Assembly (NCBI GenBank): GCA_964291415.2
Contig: OZ219919.1
Coordinates: 3,721-67,720 of the forward strand
Reading direction: 5' to 3'
Source of the DNA: Alphaproteobacteria bacterium
GTDB lineage: Bacteria > Pseudomonadota > Alphaproteobacteria > SP197
Length of the DNA: 64,000 nt
Positions 1 to 9,535 of the stretch are shown in pieces (positions within the stretch are counted from its first letter, which is position 1; the number at the start of each line of letters is the position of its first letter). A model generated the notes under the pieces. That model searched no databases, was not told the DNA's origin, and saw nothing but the letters and a program-made list of their open reading frames with translations. The translations under genes and the position numbers were made by a program.

Positions 1-791
1 AGCACCTCGTTGGGGTGCTTGTGGTCGACAAAGCCGAGGTTCACGGCGCCGAGATCGTAGCCGATCAACTCCTGGAGCCGCCTTGGGAAGGTCCGGGCCA
101 GATCGGGTGGACAGGCCATGTACTGGTTCTCCTCCTGACGCAGCCAGGCGAGCGAGAACTGGATGGCGCAGCCGGTGCGCGCCGCGTTCGAGCGATTCGC
201 GCCGCCGCCGTGAAAGACCGCCCCGCTGTAGAGCAGCAACGAGCCCGCGGGCATCTCGGCCTGCACGACCTCGCTCTCGACCGGCGTTCGCCCCTCTTCC
301 CAGAGATGGCTTCCGGGCACCAGCCAGGTCGCGCCGTTGTCGCGTGTGAAGTCCGTCACGGCCCACATGGTCGCGCAGATCAGAGGCGGGGACGGACTCT
401 GGAATGGATAGAGCCCGGTGTCCCGGTGGACGACCTGCGCCATCTCTCCCGGAAGGAGATGCATCACGCCCGTGTAGTTGATCTGGATCCGAGCGCAGAA
501 GGATCCGAGGAAGCCCTCCACGACATCCAGCAGCATCGGGTCGAGCGCCATGACCCGCGCCTGTTCGCAGCGCGCCAGCAGGCAGCCGAAACGGACGGTC
601 TTCATGCCCATGAAGGCCTCGTGACCGGCCGGCGTTGCGGCGATCAGCGGCTCGAGCTCGCCGCGCAGACGGGCAAGGCTGTCAGCGTCAAGCATGTCGT
701 GGATGATGGCGTAGCCCTGCTCGGCGATCGCTTCGGCCACAACGGCGGGAGCGGCGGATCTCTCGAAAGTGATGAGCGCGGCCATTCGCAT
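1..791 (-). CDS. Phytanoyl-CoA dioxygenase (PhyH) family Fe(II)/2-oxoglutarate oxygenase; the C-terminal end lies beyond the left window edge
   Basis: Absent from the ORF track because it runs off the edge. My minus-strand translation from ATG 789-791 reads MRMAALITFERSAAPAVVAEAIAEQGYAIIHDMLDADSLARLRGELEPL... It has an HxD motif (VVHRDTG) and a distal His/Arg (AVFHGGGANRS). The + strand ORF 15..932 is its antisense shadow. Confidence 0.75.
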   Translation of the reverse strand, partial: MRMAALITFERSAAPAVVAEAIAEQGYAIIHDMLDADSLARLRGELEPLIAATPAGHEAFMGMKTVRFGCLLARCEQARVMALDPMLLDVVEGFLGSFCARIQINYTGVMHLLPGEMAQVVHRDTGLYPFQSPSPPLICATMWAVTDFTRDNGATWLVPGSHLWEEGRTPVESEVVQAEMPAGSLLLYSGAVFHGGGANRSNAARTGCAIQFSLAWLRQEENQYMACPPDLARTFPRRLQELIGYDLGAVNLGFVDHKHPNEV

Positions 792-1076
792 TCCCCCGGT
801 GGATGCGCTGACTATAGTGCGGCCCGCGGCCGGCGGCGACTCGATCAACGGGAGACGGGCGTTTCGGGTCACGGGGCTGCGCGAGCCAGCGACATCGGTG
901 CAGATCCGGACGACCGTGGGAAAGGACCATGAACGCGTGCGGACACCTTCCCAAGGGCGGTCTCATCGGCACTATTGCGGTTCGGGGTTTTGCAACAGGT
1001 TTGGGAAAGCCCCTTGCCTGTTCCAGGGAGCTTGTGACCGGAGCGGCGAAACCTCCCGAAGACCGTGGAGTTCGCA

Positions 1077-1661
1077 ATGCACGAGAACACCTGCATGCGG
1101 CCGCCCGCACAGCTCGCGGCGATCGAGGAGGCGACCGCCAGGCTGGGTTTTGACCTGGCCTCCGAGCGCGACACCGGGGCTCTGTTGCGCGTTCTGGCCG
1201 CCGGCAAGCCGGCGGGCCGGTTTCTCGAGATCGGAACCGGCACGGGGCTTGCCACAGCCTGGCTGCTGGACGGCATGGATAGCGCCTCGTTGCTCCATAC
1301 GATCGACACAGAACGCGATGTGGTGGGCGTGGCCCAGCGCTACCTGGGCGACGATCCGAGAGTGCGGTTTGTCGTAGCAGATGCCATCGGATGGCTGGCA
1401 GCCAACAGACATCTGTCGTTCGACCTGATTTTCGCCGACGCCATCCCGGGCAAGTACGAGCAGTTTGCGACCGTCTGGGACCGTCTGAAGACCGGTGGCA
1501 TCTATGTCATTGACGACATGCAGCCGCAAGGAAACTGGCCCGAAGGTCATGGCGAAAGGGTCGCCGGACTGCTGACCTCACTGAATCAGCGGCCGGACTG
1601 CATGGTGGTCGAGATGGACTGGAGTACCGGTCTGGCCATTGCGGTCAAATCCGCACGCTGA
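1077..1661 (+). CDS. Class I SAM-dependent O-methyltransferase (family 3-like)
   Basis: ORF 1065..1661. Position 1065 is GTG and the first ATG is at 1077. SAM-binding motif FLEIGTGTGLATAWL, followed by TIDTE and FADA segments. Confidence 0.7.
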   Translation: MHENTCMRPPAQLAAIEEATARLGFDLASERDTGALLRVLAAGKPAGRFLEIGTGTGLATAWLLDGMDSASLLHTIDTERDVVGVAQRYLGDDPRVRFVVADAIGWLAANRHLSFDLIFADAIPGKYEQFATVWDRLKTGGIYVIDDMQPQGNWPEGHGERVAGLLTSLNQRPDCMVVEMDWSTGLAIAVKSAR

Positions 1662-1829
1662 CTGCACATTCCGGCTCGGGGCGGGGACGGTGTTCGCGCG
1701 CGCCATGGTTCGCGATGCATGCCATCGGCACATTCGACTCGACCCAACCCGTGGGCATCCGCGTTTCGCGCCGAATCATTCATGCCGTGCGACGAGATGC
1801 AGAATTGCCGCGGCCCGGGTAACCCGAAC

Positions 1830-3446
1830 TCAGCACGAATGGACGACGGTGCCGTTCATCATCGTCAGCCGCACGCCGGTCTTCAGCAACGACGCCGGTC
1901 CGCCAGCGAAGAAGTCCCGGTCGAGCACGACGATGTCGGCGGCCAGACCCGGCTTCACCATGCCGGTCTCGTGATCCAGCCATGCCGCCCACGCGGATTC
2001 GCGCGTGCCGTGCACGATGGACTGTTCCAGGGGCAGCGCCCAATCGGGCCTGAGCGCCGGAAGCGAGTCGTCGGTGGGCGACTTGCGCGTCGACGCCAGG
2101 TACATGTTCGCCAGGGCCTCGTATGGCGCGGTTGGCGTATCGGTGCCGAAGGCAAGAGCCGAGCCGGCGGCAAGGTAAAGCGGCCAGGCAAAGCCGTGAT
2201 TGCCCCGCTCGGGACCGATCACCTCAAGCCAGCGTTCGAGCAGTGCCGGGTCCAGATGCACCGGCTGCATTGAGGCGGTGATGCCGAGTCTGCCCATGCG
2301 CGCGATCTCTTCATCCCGCGCATACTCCAGATGCTCGATGCGATGACGCCTGCCGGCGGTCCCATTGACCTGCATGGCGTTCTCCAGGGCGTCGACAGCA
2401 ATCCGCGCGGCCTCGTCGCCGATGGCGTGGATCGCAACCTGCAGGCCGGCAGCGTCGGCTGCCCCGACGACCGGGTTCAGCGTCTGCGCATCCCAGATGG
2501 GATCGGCGCTGATCCCGTTGGTGTAGGGCTCGCTCAGGGCGGCCGTACAGCCGTCGATGGTGCCGTCCGCAATGATCTTGATGCCGCCAACCCGCAGGCG
2601 GTCGCCGCGATGCTCATTCGCGAGATCCACGGCCCGCCTCACCTGGGCAAGCTCCGTCTCCGGATCCCCCGTCCTGAAGACGATCATGTGAGCGACAATG
2701 CGCGCGGTGAGCCTTCCGGCCTCGTGAAGCTTCCGCATCGACCGCAGCGCGGGCTCTTCCAGCGCCATCTCCACCACGCCGGTGATGCCGGCGCGGGCGA
2801 ACGCTTCCAGCGCCGTGGTGATGTGCCGTTCCCTTACCGGATCCTCGACATTCGCGAGCAACGGCCACACCCACTCGGCGCTGGCGGCCTCCAGCAGATG
2901 GCCGGTGGCTTCGCCGGTGTCGGGATCGCGTACGATCTCTCCGCCGAGCGGATTGGGCGTGTCGTCGTCGATCCCGATTTCGGCGAGGGCGGCGGAATTC
3001 ACCCAGGATGAGTGGAAATCGTGGGCTTCGAGATACACGGGCCGATCCGGGACGATGCAATCCAGCATCTCCCTGGTGGGTCTTGCATCGGGCACATCCG
3101 AATACACCCAGTTGGTGCCGAGAACCCTGGGCTCGTCAGGGTGTTCATCCGCCCACTTTCTGACGCGGCGCTGGATCTCCTCAAGACTTCCCGAGCCGCG
3201 CAGATGCGCTTTCAGCATCGCCGCTCCGGTCATGGTGACGTGAACATGGCCGTCGACGAAACCGGGAAGAACCAGACCGCCGGCGACGTCGATCATCTCC
3301 GCTGCATCGCCGGCGCGGGCGCGAGCCGTCCGAGCGTCGCCGACGAACGCGATACGATCGCCCTCGACGACGACAGCCTCCGCCCACGGCCTGGCGGGAT
3401 CCGCGGTGAAGACCCGCCCGCCCGTCATCAACCGTCTCTGGCTCAT
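1830..3446 (-). CDS. Amidohydrolase family 3 (YtcJ-like metal-dependent hydrolase)
   Basis: 538-aa ORF with an ATG start and GGAGGGG 8 nt upstream. N-terminal GFVDGHVHV metal ligands, then AIHAIGD and a C-terminal FGTDTP. Confidence 0.8.
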   Translation of the reverse strand: MSQRRLMTGGRVFTADPARPWAEAVVVEGDRIAFVGDARTARARAGDAAEMIDVAGGLVLPGFVDGHVHVTMTGAAMLKAHLRGSGSLEEIQRRVRKWADEHPDEPRVLGTNWVYSDVPDARPTREMLDCIVPDRPVYLEAHDFHSSWVNSAALAEIGIDDDTPNPLGGEIVRDPDTGEATGHLLEAASAEWVWPLLANVEDPVRERHITTALEAFARAGITGVVEMALEEPALRSMRKLHEAGRLTARIVAHMIVFRTGDPETELAQVRRAVDLANEHRGDRLRVGGIKIIADGTIDGCTAALSEPYTNGISADPIWDAQTLNPVVGAADAAGLQVAIHAIGDEAARIAVDALENAMQVNGTAGRRHRIEHLEYARDEEIARMGRLGITASMQPVHLDPALLERWLEVIGPERGNHGFAWPLYLAAGSALAFGTDTPTAPYEALANMYLASTRKSPTDDSLPALRPDWALPLEQSIVHGTRESAWAAWLDHETGMVKPGLAADIVVLDRDFFAGGPASLLKTGVRLTMMNGTVVHSC

Positions 3447-4193
3447 CGCCCTGCCCCTCCGAAGTTGCGCTGGCCGGGTTCGAAGGCTGGTCCATCCTGG
3501 AAACGACGGTTGGAGGTCAAGGCGGCCCGCTCGATCCCGGTGACGTGAGCGGGACCGGCAACCTGCCGCACCCGTCGGCTTCGAACTCTCGCACCCATTG
3601 GGACACTACCTCCCGGCGACCATCTCCGATACCACCGATCAACATCCATGAACCCAGCACAGCGACGGCAGGCGCGATGTACACCAGTCTGGCGCCGATG
3701 ACGCAACCCCCATCGAAGCGGACCTCCCGATCGATCCTCCTCTGACGATCGCTTCATGTGAAGGGGTGTTGGCGACGGTCATGTCGAAGCGCTCTTCGAC
3801 CTTCGCGGCGGTTGGTCTCGCGTGCGGCTCAGCGCTCGATTCCATCTGTTCCTTCGCTTGCACGAGCATTCCTCGGCGAGTTGCAGGGCGTTCTGAAGGG
3901 CGACATCGCAGTGCTCTGCGAGTCCTGTCGTCGGACGACTCTTGAGGACGGGCTCACGTCCGATGCAACAGGTCCTGCCGCGACCCATGTTTGTGAGCGA
4001 CGAGAGTCCTGCGAGATACGGTGTACGAGCACACGTGCACAGCGGTGTACAAGGATTCGATCGTGAGCCAACCCGGGCACAGGCTCACCACGTCTCGGGC
4101 AGCATCCAAAAGCCCCTGACGGATGGCGTCGTGGAACACCCGGAGCGACGGAGTTCCGACGCGGGTCGCGCGTGTCTGCGCGGCGCAGGCCCG

Positions 4194-4694
4194 CTATGCG
4201 TAACTGATCGCGGTGATCTCGAGTTCGAGGTCGCCTGCCGGGCGCCGCCAGGTGACGGTGTCGCCTACTTCGGCGCCGATGAGCGCCCGGGCCAGGGGTG
4301 AGACCCAGCTCACCATGCCCTTGTCGATGTCGGCCTGGTTCTCGCCGACGATGCGCCATGCGTGGTGCTCTCCGCTCTCGTCCAGCACATCGACCTGGGC
4401 GCCGAACGCCACCTCGCCGGAGGGCTGTCCGGCCGGATCCACCACCACGGCATGGTCGATCCGTCCTTCCACATAGCGAAGATCGCGCCTGACATGGGCC
4501 AGCTGGTTGCGCCCGATCATGCTGGTCTGGTCTGCCTCCAGCACATCACGTTCCCGGCGCAGACGGCCAAGCCAGTCCTCGAGCATGGCCATGCCTTCCG
4601 GGGTGACATAGTTGGGGACCGGCTCCTGGGGCAATTCGGGCAGGACGTCGACGACGCTGTCGGCGTCCGGCTCCCTGACAAAGGCACGGCTCAT
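4194..4694 (-). CDS. GreA/GreB-family transcription factor paralog
   Basis: ORF 4194..4766 trimmed to ATG 4694 (MSRAFVREPDAD). The C-terminal Gre domain is readable (HHAWRIVGENQADIDKGMVSWVSPLARALIGAEVGDTV; compare E. coli GreB RFRIVG...SIDSPMARALLKKEVGD). The N-terminal coiled-coil part is divergent. Confidence 0.65.
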   Translation of the reverse strand: MSRAFVREPDADSVVDVLPELPQEPVPNYVTPEGMAMLEDWLGRLRRERDVLEADQTSMIGRNQLAHVRRDLRYVEGRIDHAVVVDPAGQPSGEVAFGAQVDVLDESGEHHAWRIVGENQADIDKGMVSWVSPLARALIGAEVGDTVTWRRPAGDLELEITAISYA

Positions 4695-4713
4695 GACACC
4701 CGATCTCCGCACA

Positions 4714-5976
4714 TCACCGGTTGAAACGATCCGGCCTGAACGCGCCAAGGTCAAGACCGGGATCACGGCCCGCCACGAGATTCGCCATCACCTCGCCGCT
4801 GCGTGCCGCGAGGGTCAGGCCGAGGTGCTGGTGCCCGAAATTGAACCATGTGTTGTCCAGGCCGGCGACCTTGCCGAGCGCCGGGAGGTAGTCGGGCAGG
4901 GTCGGCCGGCGACCCATCCATCGGGTGATCTTCGTTGAATGCTCAGGCTTGAAGTCGCGCAGGATACCGCGTCCCCTCTCGGCCTGGATGTCGGCGCGCC
5001 TGTAGTCGGCGGGGGCATCGATGCCGGCCATCTCGACACTGCCGGCAATGCGAAGCCCCTCATCCATCTGATTCATGCCGAAGCCCTGCTCTCCATGAAT
5101 GAGCGGCAGGCGCAGCCCGCTGTCGGCGCCGTGATAGACCGTATGGTATCCCCGCTCGGTATCGAGCAGGACGCGGATGCCAAGCATCTTGGCAAGACGC
5201 CCCGACCAGGCCCCTGCGGACACCACCAGGCGGTCCACCTTCCTGTCGCCAGCCGTGGTCCGCAATGTCCGCACGCGGCCATCGCTCACCTCGATCCCCG
5301 TCACGGTCGCCGTCTCGACCAGACCTCCGGCAGCAACGACGCAGTCGGCGACCGCCCGCGTGAGCCGATAGGGATTGACCGTGTGATTGACCCTGGGGAG
5401 GAAGGTTGCGGCTGTGACGGCTTCGGAGAGCTGTGGCTCGCTCTGGCGCACTTCGGCGCCGTTGAGTTCAGTGAGTTCCGCGCCGAGTTCACGCAACGTG
5501 GCGCGGTCCGTGGCCGCCGAGGCAAAGCCGCGTTCCGTTTCGTAGATGATGGCAAGTCCGCGTTTGCGGATCAGCGCCGCTCCTTGCGTTCCCTCGACAA
5601 GCCGTTCCCAGGACGCCACGGAACCGTCGAGAAGAGCGTAGAAGGCACGGGCATTGTGATGCCGCTGCCGGGCCCCGGCGCTCTTCATGAACACGAGGAG
5701 CCAGGGCATCAGCGCCGGCAGGTAGCTCCAGCGGATGTGAAGGCTGCTCTTGCGATCCATCAGCATCCGGGGCAGACCCCGGATGACCTGCGACGATGGC
5801 AGCGGCATGGCCGACGTGGAATCGCAGATCATGCCGGCATTGCCGAAGGAACAGTTCTCGCCGGGTCCGTCGCGATCGATCACGGTGACGTCAAAACCGT
5901 CGCGGACAAGGCAGAGCGCCGTCGCCACGCCGACAACGCCGGCACCGATGACCGTCACATGACCGCGTTCACCCAT
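4714..5976 (-). CDS. FAD-dependent oxidoreductase, D-amino-acid dehydrogenase (DadA)-like, DAO family
   Basis: ORF 4714..6189 trimmed to ATG 5976, giving MGERGHVTVIGAGVVGVATALCL (a GxGxxG fold at the N-terminus). Length and C-terminal NFGHQHLGLTLA fit DadA-type enzymes. Confidence 0.75.
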   Translation of the reverse strand: MGERGHVTVIGAGVVGVATALCLVRDGFDVTVIDRDGPGENCSFGNAGMICDSTSAMPLPSSQVIRGLPRMLMDRKSSLHIRWSYLPALMPWLLVFMKSAGARQRHHNARAFYALLDGSVASWERLVEGTQGAALIRKRGLAIIYETERGFASAATDRATLRELGAELTELNGAEVRQSEPQLSEAVTAATFLPRVNHTVNPYRLTRAVADCVVAAGGLVETATVTGIEVSDGRVRTLRTTAGDRKVDRLVVSAGAWSGRLAKMLGIRVLLDTERGYHTVYHGADSGLRLPLIHGEQGFGMNQMDEGLRIAGSVEMAGIDAPADYRRADIQAERGRGILRDFKPEHSTKITRWMGRRPTLPDYLPALGKVAGLDNTWFNFGHQHLGLTLAARSGEVMANLVAGRDPGLDLGAFRPDRFNR

Positions 5977-6155
5977 GAAACCCTCCCTGGCACGCCGATG
6001 GCGCCCCATCACGCGAGACCGCTGGCGATGCAACGGCGCATGCAACGACCGCTCCGTCGCCTTCCACGATAACAGGTGCCGGCGTTCCCGGAAAACATGT
6101 GCCGGAACTGTGTCGGGTTCCTCCTGTGGAGGCGTCCCGGCGCGATCATGGTAGG

Positions 6156-7862
6156 GTGAGCCGTGACGAGGGGGCGTTGTCCGTGACACTCGATGTCATC
6201 GATCAGGCGGTCATCAGCCAGGCCATCATCGCGGCGGCACGCGAAATGGGCTCGAAGCTCGTGCGCTCGGCCTTTTCCACGGTCGTCCGCGAGGCGGCCG
6301 ATGCCTCTGCCGCGCTGCTCGACCCTGAGGGGCGGATCGTCGCCCAGGCCGAGATGATTCCCATGCACCTCGGCTCGATGGCGGCAACATTCAAGGCGTG
6401 TGCCCGGCACCATCCACCCGAGGATTTGCGCGAAGGCGATTTCTACCTTTCGAACGACCCCTACGAAGGCGGCCAGCATCTGCCCGACGTCTACATCTTC
6501 TCGCCCGTCTTCCTCTCCGGACGTCTCATCGGATTTGCCGCGTCGGTGGCGCATCATCTCGAAATGGGCGGTGCGGCAGCGGGAATCGTGGCCAATGCCA
6601 CCGACATCTACCAGGAGGGCCTGCGCCTGCCGCCCTCATGCTGGAATCTCGAGCGCCATTGGCATGGCGGGCCGTTGCAGCGACTTGTGGCCGCCAACAT
6701 TCGCGTGCCCCGGCTCACCATCGGAGATTTCAATGCCCAGTTCGCCGCCAACGCCCTGGGAGCCGAACGCCTCGTGAACCTGGCCACCAGGTACGGGGCG
6801 GACCGAATCGGTGAAGCGATGACGGAACTCATCGCCTATTCCGAGCGGCGGATGAGAAAGGAGATCGCAGCCCTCCCCGACGGAACATGGCACGGGGAAG
6901 ATGCGGTCGACGACGACGGCATCCATGACGAACCACTACCCGTGCGCGTGGCCATCACCATCGATGGCGACCGAATCGAGGCGAACTTCGCCGGAACGGC
7001 GGGTAACGTGACCCGCAATCTCAACAGCCCCCTTTCCTCGACCGCATCGGCCACCTACGCAGCGATCAAGGCGACACTCACCAGCCCCGACATTCCCTTC
7101 AACCATGGCATGACGCAGCCCGTGACTCTCCGCGTGCCCTACCCCAGTCTGCTCAACCCGCAACCGCCAGCGCCGGTGCATGCCCGCATGGAAGCCTGCT
7201 ACAGGGTCTACAATGCCGTCATGAAGGCGCTTGCCGGCGCCGTTCCCGAGCGGGTCATCGCCTGCGGCTACGACACCACCACGGCGCTCACCATGACGCG
7301 CTTCGACGGCCAGCACTACCAGGTCGTCACGGAAGTTCTCGGCGGCGGCTATGGCGCTTCGGCGAACAGCGATGGCGAAAGTGCGCTCGCCAGCCCGCTG
7401 GCCAACTGCACGAACACACCGGTCGAGGCCCTGGATCTCGACTACGCCTTCTTCCGCCTGCACGCCTGGACCCTGCGTGCCGACAGCGGCGGGGCGGGGC
7501 GTCACCGGGGCGGGCTGGGGTACGACCGGGTGTACGAGGTCCTCGAACCGGGTTGTACCCTGACACTCTATGCCGACAGGTTCCGCCTGGCGCCGACCGG
7601 TCTCTTCGGTGGCCACGAAGGAGCGCGGGCATCGTGCCGCGTCGAACGCAATGGCAGGGTCATCGACGTGGCGAGCAAGGGAACGATGCCGCTCGAGGTC
7701 GGCGATGTCGTGACCATACGCACCGGTGGCGGCGGCGGATACGGCGCGCCCGGTGAACGGGACCCGAAGCTGGTCGACGACGACGTCGGGGAAGGATATG
7801 TCAGTGCCATGAGTGCGCGGCGTCACCATGCCTGGCATGGTGTGGCTTCGGAAGGGAGATGA
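6156..7862 (+). CDS. hyuB: Hydantoinase B/oxoprolinase family protein, copy 1
   Basis: ORF 6099..7862. Likely GTG start at 6156 or 6183, by alignment to copy 2 (VTLDVIDQAVISQAIIAAAREMG). Family strings: NDPYEGGQHLPD, IGDFNAQFAAN, GGGYGA, TGGGGGYG. Confidence 0.85.
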   Translation: MSRDEGALSVTLDVIDQAVISQAIIAAAREMGSKLVRSAFSTVVREAADASAALLDPEGRIVAQAEMIPMHLGSMAATFKACARHHPPEDLREGDFYLSNDPYEGGQHLPDVYIFSPVFLSGRLIGFAASVAHHLEMGGAAAGIVANATDIYQEGLRLPPSCWNLERHWHGGPLQRLVAANIRVPRLTIGDFNAQFAANALGAERLVNLATRYGADRIGEAMTELIAYSERRMRKEIAALPDGTWHGEDAVDDDGIHDEPLPVRVAITIDGDRIEANFAGTAGNVTRNLNSPLSSTASATYAAIKATLTSPDIPFNHGMTQPVTLRVPYPSLLNPQPPAPVHARMEACYRVYNAVMKALAGAVPERVIACGYDTTTALTMTRFDGQHYQVVTEVLGGGYGASANSDGESALASPLANCTNTPVEALDLDYAFFRLHAWTLRADSGGAGRHRGGLGYDRVYEVLEPGCTLTLYADRFRLAPTGLFGGHEGARASCRVERNGRVIDVASKGTMPLEVGDVVTIRTGGGGGYGAPGERDPKLVDDDVGEGYVSAMSARRHHAWHGVASEGR

Positions 7863-9535
7863 GAATCATGTCGCTCGATCCTGTGGACTATGCGGTCATC
7901 AGCCAGGGCATCATCGCGGCGGCGAGGGAGATGGGCGCCAAGCTCATCCGCAGCGCCTACTCGACGATCGTCAGGGAAGCGCAGGACGCCTCGGCGGCGC
8001 TGCTCGACCGGGAAGGGAATGTCGTCGCCCAGGCCGAACTCATCCCCATGCAGCTCGGTCCGATGAAGATGACTTTCGTTCCCTGCGCCGAGACACACCC
8101 GGTCGATTCCCTCGAACCAGGCGACTTCTACATCACCAATGATCCCTTCAACGGGGGGCAGCACCTTCCCGATGTCTTCATCTTTTCGCCCGTCTTCTTC
8201 GAGGGCCGGGTCCTCGGCTTTGGCGCCTCGGTGGCCCACCATCTCGACCTTGGCGGCGGCGCCCCGGGACTGAACGCCGATGCCTCGGACATCTATCAGG
8301 AAGGCCTGCAGATTCCTCCGTCGTGCTACAACATGGAGCGCGACTGGAACGGCGGCCGTTTCGAGCGCCTCGTGGCAGCCAACATCCGCGTGCCCCAGCT
8401 CACGATCGGCGATTTCAACGCGCAGTTTGCCGCCAATGCCATTGGTGGTCTGCGCCTGAGGGAACTGGCCACGAAGTTCGGCCCGGATGCGGTCACCGAA
8501 ACCATGGCAGAACTGCTGGACTACTCGGAACGCCGGGTCCGGACATCGATCGCCACGATCCCCGACGGCACCTACGAGGGAGAGGATGCGGTGGATGACG
8601 ACGGGATCGACGATCGGCCGTTGCCCGTAAGGGCCCAGGTCACCGTCGAGGGCGATCGCCTCGACATCTCCTTTGACGGCACCGCACCCCAGGTGGCGCG
8701 CAATCTCAACTGCCCCTTTTCATCCACGGTCTCGGCCGCTCTTGCCTGTGTCAAGTCGGTGCTGACCAGCGCCGACGTCCCCTTCAACGAAGGGGTGAAG
8801 AGGCCGTTCAACATCACCGCGCCCTATGGATCCCTGCTCAATCCGAGGCCTCCCGCGCCCGTCCGGGCGCGCATGGAACCGGCCTATCGCGTGTTCAATG
8901 CGGTGATGAAGGCCCTGGCCAAGGCTGCCCCCGACCGCGTGATCGCCTGCGGGTTCGACACCACCGCCGTCTTCGCTCTCTCCCACCTCACGAACAGCGG
9001 ATACAGGGTGTACGTGGAAATCTTCGGCGGCGGATACGGAGCGTCCCTGGAGGCCGACGGCTGCGACGCCATCGACAGCCCCCTGTCGAACTGCTCCAAC
9101 ACGCCCGTCGAGGCTCTCGACATGGAGTATGACTACTTCCGGGTGATCGACTACTCGCTGTTGTCCGACTCCGCGGGCGCCGGACGCTGCCGGGGCGGTC
9201 TGGGATTCACCCGCGCCTACGAGATCACTCGCGACGATGTCATCTTTGCCATCTATGCCGATCGTTTCCGCATCGCTCCGGCAGGGCTCTTTGGTGGCGG
9301 CGACGGCGTCCCCGCTTCGTGCCACGTGCTGCGCGACGGAGAGGCCATACCGGTCAACTCCAAGGCCGGAGCGACCTTGCGCAAGGGCGATGTCCTCACC
9401 ATTCATACCGGTGGCGGCGGGGGATACGGCACACCCGGCGACCGTCCTCTCGAGGCGATCAGGCACGATCTTGCCGAAGGACTGATCACCCCGGAACGCG
9501 TCGCGACGGATTATCCTCATGCCAGTCCTCGATGA
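7859..9535 (+). CDS. hyuB: Hydantoinase B/oxoprolinase family protein, copy 2 (tandem paralog)
   Basis: 558-aa ORF. Its ATG overlaps the stop of copy 1 (ATGA at 7859-7862). It is colinear with copy 1 along the whole length, with well over half of positions identical by eye. Confidence 0.85.
   Translation: MRIMSLDPVDYAVISQGIIAAAREMGAKLIRSAYSTIVREAQDASAALLDREGNVVAQAELIPMQLGPMKMTFVPCAETHPVDSLEPGDFYITNDPFNGGQHLPDVFIFSPVFFEGRVLGFGASVAHHLDLGGGAPGLNADASDIYQEGLQIPPSCYNMERDWNGGRFERLVAANIRVPQLTIGDFNAQFAANAIGGLRLRELATKFGPDAVTETMAELLDYSERRVRTSIATIPDGTYEGEDAVDDDGIDDRPLPVRAQVTVEGDRLDISFDGTAPQVARNLNCPFSSTVSAALACVKSVLTSADVPFNEGVKRPFNITAPYGSLLNPRPPAPVRARMEPAYRVFNAVMKALAKAAPDRVIACGFDTTAVFALSHLTNSGYRVYVEIFGGGYGASLEADGCDAIDSPLSNCSNTPVEALDMEYDYFRVIDYSLLSDSAGAGRCRGGLGFTRAYEITRDDVIFAIYADRFRIAPAGLFGGGDGVPASCHVLRDGEAIPVNSKAGATLRKGDVLTIHTGGGGGYGTPGDRPLEAIRHDLAEGLITPERVATDYPHASPR

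Noticed and set aside
15-932. 305-aa + strand ORF at the left edge
   Set aside because: It is Arg/Ala/Gly-rich and low in complexity. The opposite strand translates into a clean PhyH-family protein with HxD and distal His motifs. I treat it as an antisense shadow ORF.
3471-3490. GGGTTCGAAGG, which resembles a tRNA T-loop
   Set aside because: The flanking bases cannot form the T-stem, and I could build no acceptor or anticodon arms around it. The other GTTCGAA occurrences (near 3575 on the minus strand and near 16931) also lack cloverleaf context.
3447-3760. Possible riboswitch in the long leader of the amidohydrolase gene
   Set aside because: I read the minus-strand leader and compared it with the conserved cores I remember for the TPP, cobalamin, glycine, SAM-II, ZTP, fluoride and guanidine-I classes. 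No match was found. An Rfam scan is still needed.
3954-3956. Reading the in-frame TGA as selenocysteine
   Set aside because: No SECIS-like hairpin follows the codon, no sel genes are in the window, and the downstream residues do not look like protein.
3954-4139. LuxR- or AraC-type helix-turn-helix remnant (…LTIESLYTAVHVCSYTVSRRTLVAHKHG…)
   Set aside because: The S-x-x-T-L-x-x-H spacing is suggestive. However, the segment upstream is about 10 residues too short for a LuxR HTH, and the fit to AraC would need an insertion. That is not enough to call a pseudogene.
4714-6189. Long N-terminal extensions given by the ORF track for several genes (4714..6189, 6099.., 16878.., 17895.., 23785..24876, 37162..38118, 44627..45961, 46034.., 48156..48890, 49964.., 51526.., 52017.., 55073..55843)
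   Set aside because: The extensions are Arg/Pro-rich, they overlap neighbouring genes, and they precede internal starts that carry ribosome-binding sites, signal peptides or family-typical N-termini. The starts were trimmed accordingly and remain provisional.
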